Assembly (NCBI GenBank): GCA_023145435.1
Contig: JAGLDS010000004.1
Coordinates: 40,546 to 104,545 of the forward strand
Source: Clostridiales bacterium
GTDB lineage: Bacteria > Bacillota > Clostridia > DUPQ01
Length of the DNA stretch: 64,000 bases
Direction: 5' to 3'
Position 1 is the first letter of the stretch. The number at the start of each line of letters is the position of its first letter. The notes beneath the pieces were generated by a model. The model saw only the letters and a program-made list of their open reading frames with translations, had not been told where the DNA came from and made no database searches. Both the position numbers and the translations under genes were made by a program. Shown one piece after another: positions 51,679-61,023 of the stretch.

Positions 51679-52731
51679 TTAATAGGTTAATACCACTTGA
51701 ATAATGTCTTTATCCATTCTATCAATCATCTCATAGGCTTTAGTAGCATCTTCAAACGGTATTTTATGTGTAATTAAATTTTCTAAATCAAGTTTAGAAA
51801 GTAAATCTAAACATATTTTTTCTTTTCTTTCATTATCCCACATATGTCTTATCTTAGGATCAATATTTCCTGTTTGTGAACTACGAATAGTAATTCTATT
51901 ATGGTGGAATTCATCTGATAACATTAATGATGAACTAGGTCCTTGATACCAACCAAGTGCTGTTACCACTGTATCAGGTGCAGCTATTCTAATGGCTTCA
52001 TTAAGTGCTTTTTGATTTCCTGTTACTTCAATAACAGCATCTGTTCCCACGTTATTGGTTTCTTTTCTAATGGCATATGCAACATCATCTATTTTAAGTG
52101 GATTATATACTTTATCTGCACCATTTTTAAGAGCAGTTTCTAATCGTTTAGGTAATAAATCAATTCCAAACACATTACTAGCACCTGAGAGTTTAGCCAT
52201 TTGAACTACTAATTGTCCTAATACACCTAAACCAGATACAGCTACATTATCACCTAACTTAATACGTGTATCTAATATCCCATTAAATGCTGTTATCAAA
52301 TTAGTATAAAATATACCAAACTCAGGTTTTATACCTGTTGGTAATTTAACTACTTCATTTTCATTTTTTATAACTTGTGATTGATGTGGAGCATTTGAAT
52401 AAACAATATCTCCTACTTTAATATTTTTTATATCACTACCTATTTCAATTACTTTTCCCACACTTGCATATCCCATATACCAAACACCTGGATCACAACT
52501 TTTTATTGGATAGTCCCATTTCTCGTTATCTGAAGCTTTTCTAAAAAGATGTAAATCTCCATCATTTGTACGATTAAAAAATGGTGCCACTCCTCTATAC
52601 ACATTCATTTCAGTTCCATGGCTTATACCTGAATAAAGAGTTTTTATACGCATTTCATTTTTATTGATTTTTAAATCATCTATTTCTTTTATAACTAACT
52701 TTTTTGGACCTTCATATACCATTATTTTCAT
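51679..52731 (-). CDS. MDR-family dehydrogenase (atypical Zn site)
   Basis: SGISHGTE, GYASVG, GLGVLG Rossmann motif; canonical Cys and GHE ligands absent. Confidence 0.8.
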   Translation of the reverse strand: MKIMVYEGPKKLVIKEIDDLKINKNEMRIKTLYSGISHGTEMNVYRGVAPFFNRTNDGDLHLFRKASDNEKWDYPIKSCDPGVWYMGYASVGKVIEIGSDIKNIKVGDIVYSNAPHQSQVIKNENEVVKLPTGIKPEFGIFYTNLITAFNGILDTRIKLGDNVAVSGLGVLGQLVVQMAKLSGASNVFGIDLLPKRLETALKNGADKVYNPLKIDDVAYAIRKETNNVGTDAVIEVTGNQKALNEAIRIAAPDTVVTALGWYQGPSSSLMLSDEFHHNRITIRSSQTGNIDPKIRHMWDNERKEKICLDLLSKLDLENLITHKIPFEDATKAYEMIDRMDKDIIQVVLTY

Positions 52732-52733
52732 TC

Positions 52734-52970
52734 TTAATCTCCTGTTTTCTTACTAGCTCTATATGTCTCAATATGCTCTCTTAATGCTGAATTCATCAAT
52801 GTTTGATAACCAATTTTTTGTTCACTGGCTTTTTTCTTGTATTTTAAAATAACATCATCATCTAGCCTAATGGTTATTGACTTTTTAGTAGGAGAATAAA
52901 ACCGTCCTCTTATACCTTCAGAAAAATCATATTCATCTTTTAAAATAAATTTATCATTATTACTTTTCAT
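52734..52970 (-). CDS. brnA: BrnA-family antitoxin
   Basis: EYDFS...KKSITIRLDDDV...GYQTLMNSALR RHH motif; likely start at second Met. Confidence 0.88.
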   Translation of the reverse strand: MKSNNDKFILKDEYDFSEGIRGRFYSPTKKSITIRLDDDVILKYKKKASEQKIGYQTLMNSALREHIETYRASKKTGD

Positions 52971-53241
52971 ATTGTTTCCTTTCATTAGCTGTAGCCTTTC
53001 TTGCAGAAATTATTCTAATTACTTCTTCATCATCATTATTAAAATATATATTTGCTATAACAATAAGTTGTTCTTCATCAGCTTTACCAATCGTAATCCA
53101 TCGTTCTTCAAAATATGAAAACCGCTTATCAACTACTGATAATTGTAGTGGGTCAGCAAAAACTCTACTTGCTTTCTCAAATGAAATTCCATGCTTTTTA
53201 ACATTATCTTCATTTTTTTTACTATCCCACTCATATGTCAT
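52960..53241 (-). CDS. brnT: BrnT-family ribonuclease toxin
   Basis: YEWDSKK-N-KKHGISF...EERWITIG...IRIISARKAT-ER. Confidence 0.92.
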   Translation of the reverse strand: MTYEWDSKKNEDNVKKHGISFEKASRVFADPLQLSVVDKRFSYFEERWITIGKADEEQLIVIANIYFNNDDEEVIRIISARKATANERKQYEK

Positions 53242-53277
53242 TTATAAATCTCCATTAAGTTACTTTGCTTTAAATAA

Positions 53278-53306
53278 ATTATAATCCAATTAGTTGGATT
53301 TGTCAA
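53278..53306 (-). promoter_or_regulatory. Consensus sigma-A promoter of brnTA with palindromic operator in the spacer
   Basis: Minus strand TTGACA-17 nt-TATAAT; AATCCAA-N4-TTGGATT at 53283-53300. Confidence 0.8.
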
Positions 53307-53322
53307 TACATTGTATGTACAG

Positions 53323-54737
53323 ATAGTGTAAAATAGTTTGGGGATTGGATAAAGAAAGAGAAATCCCATATAATTAATTAAATAAATCTCAACACCCATA
53401 AAATCAACAATTTGAGGACCTCTCTCATGGCCATTTCACCACATACAAACACAAATTTATTCAATAACGTTATCGATGAATTTAAAAAACGCTTCTTCTT
53501 AATGAATAACCTTAACTTAAATTTGGAACACGGGTTACACAACTATTTGCATTTAATGAAAAATATGGATTCAACTCTTCATTCTTTTATCATTACATAT
53601 ATAACAAAGTGGCTTGAAGCATTGAATTTAAAGTTTAAAAATAATATTAATAGGACTAAAACCTATCATGTGAAATCATTTCATTCACGTACAATAATGA
53701 CTATCTTTGGTCTTATCACATATTCAAGAACCTTCTATGTAAACAAACATACAGGTAAATACTATTGCCATGTCGATTCATATCTAGGTCTTTAAAAATA
53801 TGATCATTTTGATCCATATGTAAAATCATTAGTAGTAGAAGCCGCTGCTAATGATTCTCTAGCAGGTGCAGCAAGACATGTATCTGCTATGATTGGTATA
53901 AGAGTATCTATGGAAGGCAATCCCTTATGGATTTCTAGACAAGCAGCAAAATCTTTTGTTCTTAATAGTGTAATTTCAAGACAACCAATAAAACGTAAAA
54001 AAACTACACCTAAAACCCTATTCATTATGTTAGATGAAAAGTTCATCCATACACAAAATAATAATAAAAAGGACATAATGGTAAAGCACGCTGTAGTTTT
54101 AAAAGGTATAAAGCTTGTAACCAATCATAAATCTCGTTATGAACTAATAGGTAAATATTGCCTCTCTTCTTTTGGTAATAATTTTGATGAAGATATACTT
54201 ACTTACATCAATAAGGCCTATACAACTAAGGATATAGAACATATTTACATATTGGGTGATGGTGTAGGGTGGATAAAAACTTATTCCAGGAACTTTAAAT
54301 AAGAAACAAATACGCAATCCTTTGTTCTTGATAAATTTCATTTTAAAAAAGCATTACACCTTACTAGCTTAAATAAAGATTTAGATGAGATTATGTTAAA
54401 ATATATATTAATGGATCAAAAAGAGTTTTTCAAAACAATATGTGATTCACTAGCTTTAAAATATAATCATAGATCAGAAAAAATAATTGACAAGAAAAAC
54501 TTTATCTAAATAATTACAATTCTAACAAAATAAATATTATGGGTGAAAAGAAACTTAATTTTTCTATCTTTGACATTGTTAATGAAAAGAGTCCTCCAAA
54601 GATCGGTAAATCTATTTCAATTGAACTAAGTCGGAGAATACACTAAATAAAAAACAACAAATAATAAAGTAGATAGAAAATGCAAAGGAAAGGTAATCAC
54701 TTTCTCCTTGGTATGCTCCTAATTACTTTGACGCATT
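53323..54737 (+). mobile_element. Degenerate ISLre2-family (UPF0236) insertion sequence
   Basis: Transposase relic 53427-54646 with RTIMTIFGLITYSRT, FIMLDEKF, ILGDGVGWIK, FVLDKFH. Stops at 53793 and 54300, frameshift near 54507, C-terminal catalytic part apparently deleted. Ends are approximate, from weak imperfect inverted repeats. Confidence 0.75.
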
Positions 54738-54885
54738 AAATTCAAAAAGGTTAACCTCTAATATTGCAGTCATCTCAAAAAACTTGTATAAATCACCTGA
54801 AAACTCTCGAGAATAATCAAAAAAAACAACAATTTATGTTATTATTAGTAAATGTAATCCTTTAACTATGAAATGAGGTAGTAAC

Positions 54886-56727
54886 ATGATAGATATCATT
54901 AATTGGGACAATGTAAAATATAAGATTGAAAATATTGATTGGGCAAGTGAATTATATAAAACAACTAAAGAAAAGCTGGATCATCTTATTTTAAATTATT
55001 ATGATGATTCGTCAAGAATTGCAGCTTGGAGTCATCACTATAATTGTAGTGAATGTCAAAGTACATTGCTATTTGATATTGATAAACAAAATGAGCATAT
55101 ATGCTCTAATTGTGGCAAAGTAAATAAAAGTGAATTGCTTAATAAGGTTTGGTATAACATTTATAGAGGGTTTGTAAATAATAGTATATATAATGCAGCT
55201 ATCGTATATAAAAATACTAAAGATAAAAAATATATTACTCACATTAAAAAAGTATTAAACTTTTATTCTGATAATTATGATGATTTTGTTAGTGAACCTC
55301 CTGCTAAACGATTTGAAGGTAAAATACAAAGTCAGCATTTAGATGATGCTGTTGGAACTATGACCATTTTACTTGGTTTAGATATTATTAGAGATGAATT
55401 TACTAAAGATGAATTAAAAAAATATTATGAAAATCTATTTAAAAAACAAGCTGAAATGTATGACTTTTTTGCAAATAGGATTTATAACATTCCTGTATGG
55501 ATAAAATGTGCACAATCTATGATTGGAGTATTTTTTAACGAAGAGGAACATATTAGACGAGGTTTATATGATATTTATGGTTTAGTAGATCAATTAGAAC
55601 GTGGTGTAACAAAAGAAGGAATGTGGTATGAAGGTTCCACTGGTTATCATTTTTATACATTAACACCAATTTGTAATCTTCTATATCTATGTAAGAGACA
55701 ACAAGTGGCCATTCCCAAAATAGACTACATCTATGATACTGTTGAAAAAATGTTTGAATACCCTATTAAAATGATGTTTGCTGATAAAACATTACCTAAT
55801 CCAAACGATACTAGTCCTTCGATTAATATTAATAGATATAAAGCACAATATGAATATGCTTCTGTAATTTTTAATAATGATCTTTTTGATGAAGTTTGTT
55901 CATCTTTTTACCATGAAGAAAAAGCTGTTTCTTCATTAACTCGATTATTATTTAATCACTTTACAAACAAACGAGAAATTAGACGATATAAAAGTATTAA
56001 TAACCCTAGTTCTCATACCGCAATGTTACGAAAAGGCAATTCAGAGATATTTCTAAAACACGGTGTTTTAACTAATCTACATAGACACCCTGATACTATG
56101 AATATTGAATTGGCATTTGCAGGAGATGTGGTTTCATGTGATATAGGAAATGGTGGTTATGCTTCATCTTTATTTGTTGAATGGCAACGAAGAACCATTG
56201 CCCATAATACAGTTGTTATAGATAAAAAAGATCACTTTAAAATGTACTTACCATTAGGTGTTGTAGAAGAATTTAGAAAAGAAGATGCATATATACGTAC
56301 AAAAGCAAAAGGAATTTACGAAGCAGTCGATTTCACACGTGAATTACAAGCATATGAAAATCATGTAGTTGATAATTTCTTTGTTAATTGTTGGGGTGAA
56401 TATGTAATAGATTGGGCTTTTTATTGTAAAGGTGACATTACATTTGATTATGACTATGAAGAAGTTGATAAAATTGGTGAAAATGATGGTTACAAGCATT
56501 TAATGGATATAAAAAAGTTTAGCGGTGATAACGATTGGAAAGTATCATTTGAATTAGATGATAAGATAATAACATTATCAATGGGTGGTTTAAAAGATAC
56601 AGAAGTATTTGTTGTTAATAGTTATACAAAATCACTAAAAGATACTAGATATGGTGTAATTGTAAGAAGGAATGGTTCATCTACAACTTATAAAGCAATT
56701 TATTCATATGTACCAAAAAATAAATAA
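54886..56727 (+). CDS. Heparinase II/III-like (alginate/oligo-uronate lyase-like) protein with CxxC...CxxC insert
   Basis: WSHHYNCSEC...CSNC, GMWYEGSTGYHFY, PNPND, HRHPD, AHNTVVID. Confidence 0.8.
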   Translation: MIDIINWDNVKYKIENIDWASELYKTTKEKLDHLILNYYDDSSRIAAWSHHYNCSECQSTLLFDIDKQNEHICSNCGKVNKSELLNKVWYNIYRGFVNNSIYNAAIVYKNTKDKKYITHIKKVLNFYSDNYDDFVSEPPAKRFEGKIQSQHLDDAVGTMTILLGLDIIRDEFTKDELKKYYENLFKKQAEMYDFFANRIYNIPVWIKCAQSMIGVFFNEEEHIRRGLYDIYGLVDQLERGVTKEGMWYEGSTGYHFYTLTPICNLLYLCKRQQVAIPKIDYIYDTVEKMFEYPIKMMFADKTLPNPNDTSPSININRYKAQYEYASVIFNNDLFDEVCSSFYHEEKAVSSLTRLLFNHFTNKREIRRYKSINNPSSHTAMLRKGNSEIFLKHGVLTNLHRHPDTMNIELAFAGDVVSCDIGNGGYASSLFVEWQRRTIAHNTVVIDKKDHFKMYLPLGVVEEFRKEDAYIRTKAKGIYEAVDFTRELQAYENHVVDNFFVNCWGEYVIDWAFYCKGDITFDYDYEEVDKIGENDGYKHLMDIKKFSGDNDWKVSFELDDKIITLSMGGLKDTEVFVVNSYTKSLKDTRYGVIVRRNGSSTTYKAIYSYVPKNK

Positions 56728-56837
56728 AACTTATTTCTATAATTATTGTGTTGAACACATTTACAGCTGTTAATATATAAACTAACTCTATAATCTGATA
56801 TAATATTTATATAAATTTATTCATAGGGAGGTTTATT

Positions 56838-57383
56838 ATGTTTTGCACTAATTGTGGTAAAGAAATAAAAGATGATGCAAAATTCTGTGATGGTTGTGGC
56901 CAAGCAGTTAAAGTTAAAGAAGTAGAGGTTGTAGCTACTGTTCAAGAAGTAGAAGAAGTTGTAGAACCAAAAGATACTAATGAAGTTAGTGAATCTAAAG
57001 TTATTGAAGAACCAAAAAAAGCTATAGAACCTAAAAAAGCTATAGAACCTAAAAAAGCTATAGAACCTAAAAAACCAGTTGAAGCTGAAAAAACTATAAA
57101 ACCTGAAAAAATGATTAAAAAAGAAGTTTCATTAATAAAACCAATTGGTATTTTTGGATTTATATGGATGTTTTTTCTTATGGCAATACCAATTGTAAAT
57201 GTAATTGTAGTTTTAGTATGGGCATTTAGTAAAAGCAAGAATGTTAACAAGAAAAACTATGCATGGGCTGTTATAATTTTATTCCTATTTTCACTTGCAG
57301 TTTCTATATTTGCTTCCATACAAATTGGCCTAAATTTTGCTCTTATCTTTGATAATATTCAAGATATTATTAATGGTTTATAA
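56838..57383 (+). CDS. Zinc-ribbon membrane protein with repeat linker
   Basis: MFCTNCG...FCDGCG; IPIVN...WAF...N-NKKNYA TM region. Confidence 0.8.
   Translation: MFCTNCGKEIKDDAKFCDGCGQAVKVKEVEVVATVQEVEEVVEPKDTNEVSESKVIEEPKKAIEPKKAIEPKKAIEPKKPVEAEKTIKPEKMIKKEVSLIKPIGIFGFIWMFFLMAIPIVNVIVVLVWAFSKSKNVNKKNYAWAVIILFLFSLAVSIFASIQIGLNFALIFDNIQDIINGL
57015..57068 (+). repeat. In-frame 18-bp tandem repeat x3 (KKAIEP)
   Basis: AAAAAAGCTATAGAACCT, three exact copies. Confidence 0.95.
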
Positions 57384-57403
57384 ACATAATAAAACACAAA
57401 GAT

Positions 57404-58225
57404 TTAAAGCTCAGGATTATACTCCTGAGCTTTTTTAAATAGGTAATTGTCATTTATATTAAACTCATCATTTTTTATTTCTTCAAAATAGTTTTTTCTT
57501 AATAATTTAAAAATAGTCTCTTTATTATCGTTCCATATTTCAATCCAGTAAATAGGATCATATTTTTTAGCTAACTCTAACATCCCTTTAATTACATTTT
57601 CTTCAAACCCTTCTACATCAATTTTCACTAAATCAATTTTTTCAAGTTTTTCATTTTTCACAAATTCATCTAATGATATAAAAGATATTTCACCTTTACT
57701 GTCATATTCAACCATGGTATCACTTAAGTTCTTATTTGGTAGTTCAATTAAATTTCCTTTACCTTTTTTATCTCCAACTGCTAAAGGATATGTTTTGACA
57801 TTATGTAGATTATTAAGTTTTATATTTTTTAATAAAATTTCATAATTAATATGATGAGGTTCAAAAGAATATATTCTATTATCACTATCTAATAATGAGA
57901 AAAATATAGTATGGTTCCCAATATTAGCTCCAACATCAATAATAGTAGCTTTTTTAGGTATATAATTTTTAATAATTTCTAAATTTTCTTTTTCAAAAAA
58001 TTCATTTGTTACTATAAGATGCTTTTCAATTATTTCACCTTTTAATGGTAAGTAAAATTTAACCATTTTATCTTGCTCAAAAGGTATTAAGAAAATATGA
58101 TCTAAATGCTTTTTTCTTCTTTTATGTTCAATAATTGTTGAATTAATCTGCCACCTTGTTTCCATTATTTTTCTAATTACTTTAGGTGTGTTTTTATTAT
58201 AATATATTTTGTATCCTAATTTCAT
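57404..58225 (-). CDS. FkbM-family methyltransferase
   Basis: IDVGANIGNHT, SFEP, KIDVEGFE; start MKLGY after AAGGA. Confidence 0.88.
   Translation of the reverse strand: MKLGYKIYYNKNTPKVIRKIMETRWQINSTIIEHKRRKKHLDHIFLIPFEQDKMVKFYLPLKGEIIEKHLIVTNEFFEKENLEIIKNYIPKKATIIDVGANIGNHTIFFSLLDSDNRIYSFEPHHINYEILLKNIKLNNLHNVKTYPLAVGDKKGKGNLIELPNKNLSDTMVEYDSKGEISFISLDEFVKNEKLEKIDLVKIDVEGFEENVIKGMLELAKKYDPIYWIEIWNDNKETIFKLLRKNYFEEIKNDEFNINDNYLFKKAQEYNPEL
57406..57436 (+). terminator. Intrinsic terminator of the zinc-ribbon gene, embedded in the 3' end of the convergent FkbM gene
   Basis: AAAGCTCAGGA-ttatac-TCCTGAGCTTT-TTT. Confidence 0.75.
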
Positions 58226-58326
58226 ATCGTATTCCTTTTCACACAATTAACATTATTTTAGTTTAGCAAATATATTACCTTGTAGCAATTTTTTTATGAT
58301 ATACTAAAAAAAAGGATGGATTAATC

Positions 58327-59394
58327 ATGGATTTTACTTCGTTAGATACTTTAACAACTTTTAAAAATTTCAAAGCAAAACGTATTAGTAGTTATGATAA
58401 AACAGGTGGTAATGCTGACTCAATATCAGTAAAAGGAAATGAAGAAAAAGTCATTGCAAACATTGAAGGTCCTGGTAAAATCAAACATATATGGTGTACA
58501 ATTTTTGGTCCTTGGGGTCCTGATGATGACAGGAACTTTGATATACATGCACTTAGAAATACACTAATAAAAATATACTGGGATAATGAGCAATTCCCTT
58601 CTATTGAATGTCCCATTGGTGACTTTTTTGGTTTAGGTCATGGGAAAGCATATACATATCAATGTGCTATCTTTAGCACTTCTTGTAATGAAGCTGTTAG
58701 TGGTCAAACAAATCCACGTGTTGCCATGAATTGTTGGCTACCAATGCCATTTTTAAAAAACGCAAAAATAGTCATTAAAAATGAACAAAAAAAGAATATT
58801 TCAATGTATTTTTATATTGATTATGAAAAGCACAATAGTTTGCCTAAAGATAGTGTATATTTACATGCTCAATTCAAGCGAATTAACCCACTTGTTCCAG
58901 TTATAAGTAATGGTAAAAACTTATCTGATAAAGATAACTATGTTATTTTAGAAGCCAAAGGTCGTGGTCATTACATAGGAACTAATATGAGTATTAATAA
59001 CTTAGGTGGTTGTTGGTGGGGTGAAGGTGATGACATGATTTTTGTTGATAGAGATAATAATGATTCATGGCCTCCTGATTTACATGGAACAGGTTCTGAA
59101 GATTATTTTTCTCATGCATGGGGTATGCAAAAAGTAAGCCATTTATATTGTGGCCAACCATGGTCTGAAGTAGATGACCACACAAATAGACATCATGATG
59201 AAGGAAAAGTATGTGTATATAGATATCATATTTTAGATCCAATACCATTTACAAAAAGCATTCGTGTTTCAATTGAACATGGTCATGCGAATGATCAAGG
59301 TAATGATTATAGTTCTGTAGCTTATTGGTATCAAGATGAACCTCACAAAAAATTTGAACCAATGGTTCCAGTTGACAAACGAATTAGTGAATAA
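58327..59394 (+). CDS. GH172 (DUF2961) glycoside hydrolase
   Basis: ISSYDKTGGN-D, GPGKIKHIW, PIGDFFG, WWGEGDD, HGTGSEDYF, YRYHILDPIPF...IEHG. Confidence 0.88.
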   Translation: MDFTSLDTLTTFKNFKAKRISSYDKTGGNADSISVKGNEEKVIANIEGPGKIKHIWCTIFGPWGPDDDRNFDIHALRNTLIKIYWDNEQFPSIECPIGDFFGLGHGKAYTYQCAIFSTSCNEAVSGQTNPRVAMNCWLPMPFLKNAKIVIKNEQKKNISMYFYIDYEKHNSLPKDSVYLHAQFKRINPLVPVISNGKNLSDKDNYVILEAKGRGHYIGTNMSINNLGGCWWGEGDDMIFVDRDNNDSWPPDLHGTGSEDYFSHAWGMQKVSHLYCGQPWSEVDDHTNRHHDEGKVCVYRYHILDPIPFTKSIRVSIEHGHANDQGNDYSSVAYWYQDEPHKKFEPMVPVDKRISE

Positions 59395-59507
59395 ATTTTG
59401 CATATAAACTACAAATATTCTATTATTATATTAGCTATTTACATGTGACGCTCTCCACTTAAAAAGGTGGGTGGCTTATTGCCAACTATATTTAAAAGGG
59501 GATTTTT

Positions 59508-61022
59508 ATGTTTTTAATTGGGATTGATGTTGGAACCACTGGTACAAAATGCACTATCTTTAATGAAAGTGGAAATATCCTATCTTATTCATATCAAGGA
59601 TATAATATTATTATGCCTAAAAAAGGGCACTATGAACTAGACCCTAATATCGTAAAACTCTCTGTTTTAAAAATTATTAAAGATAGTGTAAAAAAAGCAG
59701 GGTCAACTGATAATGCCTATATTGCCATATCTTCTATGGGTGAAGCTTTTGTACAAATTGACAAAAATGGAGAAGTTCTTAACAATAGTATGTTATATAT
59801 CGATAATCGAGGTCAAAATGAAATAGATGAGTTGTGTGCGAAAATATGCAATAAAGATATTATGAAAAAAACTGGTCTATCACCTCATAAAATGTATTCG
59901 CTACCAAAAATAATGTGGATTAAGAATAATAATTTAAACTCATTTAAAAAAACATGGAAATTTCTATTGTATGAAGACTATATAAGTTACATTCTTACAG
60001 GTGAAACATATATTGACTATTCTCTTGCTTCTAGAACTATGGCGTTTAATGTGGTTAGTAAAAAATGGGATAGTGGAATTTTAAATCATGCAAATATTGA
60101 TGTATCGCTATTATCAACTCCTGTTCAAGCAGGGACAGTAATAGGAAAAATAAGAAAAGATATTCAAAGTGAACTTGGCTTACCTAGTAATACATATATA
60201 CTTACAGGTGGCCATGACCAAGCATGTGCAGCCCTTGGCGGTGGTGCCCTTACATCTGGTATGTCAGTAGATGGAATGGGAACAGCTGATTGTATTACAA
60301 CTGTTTTTGATAAACCTATTACTAATGAGTTAATGGAGCAATACAACTATAATTGTGAACCTCATTTAATAGCAAATAAATATATTTCTCTTGCCTATTG
60401 TAGTTCTTCTGGTTCAATTATTAAGTGGTTTAGGGATAATTTTAGTTATGAAGAAAAACAAATTGCATTAAAATCTGATAAAAACGAATATCAACTCTTA
60501 GATAGTTATGTGTCAAATGAACCTACCGGCTTAATCTTATTACCACATTTTTCAGGAAGTGGTACTCCCTATTTAGACAATCAAGCCTTAGGTGGTATAT
60601 TTGGTCTTACATTACAAACTAGTAAATATGACATATATCAATCAATTTTAGAAGGTATTACTTATGAAATGAAATATAATCTAGAATGTTTACAAGAAGC
60701 TGGTATAAATACAAAGGTTATAAAAGCATTAGGTGGAGGTGCACAGTCTGATGTTTGGTTACAAATGAAAGCAGATATTTTTAAGATACCTGTAGAACGG
60801 CCTATTATAAATGAAGCAAGCTCACTAGGTGCTGCAATGCTTTGCTTTAAAGCTGCTAAAATTCATGGCACCTTAGAAGAAGTATCAAAAAAATTAGTTA
60901 AAACTGGTAAAATATTTTATCCACGAAATGAATATCATAAAAAATATATGAAAATATATGAAAAATATAAAAAAGCATACAAAGCCATGAGGAATGTAAT
61001 GAATTCAAAGGAGATCACATAA
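59508..61022 (+). CDS. FGGY-family sugar kinase
   Basis: GIDVGTTG, GGHDQ, GMGTA, LPHFSG, ILEGI, GGGAQSD. Confidence 0.9.
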   Translation: MFLIGIDVGTTGTKCTIFNESGNILSYSYQGYNIIMPKKGHYELDPNIVKLSVLKIIKDSVKKAGSTDNAYIAISSMGEAFVQIDKNGEVLNNSMLYIDNRGQNEIDELCAKICNKDIMKKTGLSPHKMYSLPKIMWIKNNNLNSFKKTWKFLLYEDYISYILTGETYIDYSLASRTMAFNVVSKKWDSGILNHANIDVSLLSTPVQAGTVIGKIRKDIQSELGLPSNTYILTGGHDQACAALGGGALTSGMSVDGMGTADCITTVFDKPITNELMEQYNYNCEPHLIANKYISLAYCSSSGSIIKWFRDNFSYEEKQIALKSDKNEYQLLDSYVSNEPTGLILLPHFSGSGTPYLDNQALGGIFGLTLQTSKYDIYQSILEGITYEMKYNLECLQEAGINTKVIKALGGGAQSDVWLQMKADIFKIPVERPIINEASSLGAAMLCFKAAKIHGTLEEVSKKLVKTGKIFYPRNEYHKKYMKIYEKYKKAYKAMRNVMNSKEIT

Positions 61023-61023
61023 T

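Noticed and set aside
53412..54341. ORFs 53412-53795, 53889-54302, 53804-54124 and 54144-54341 as separate genes
   Set aside because: The plus-strand pieces are in-frame fragments of one broken transposase, and the minus-strand ones are shadows.
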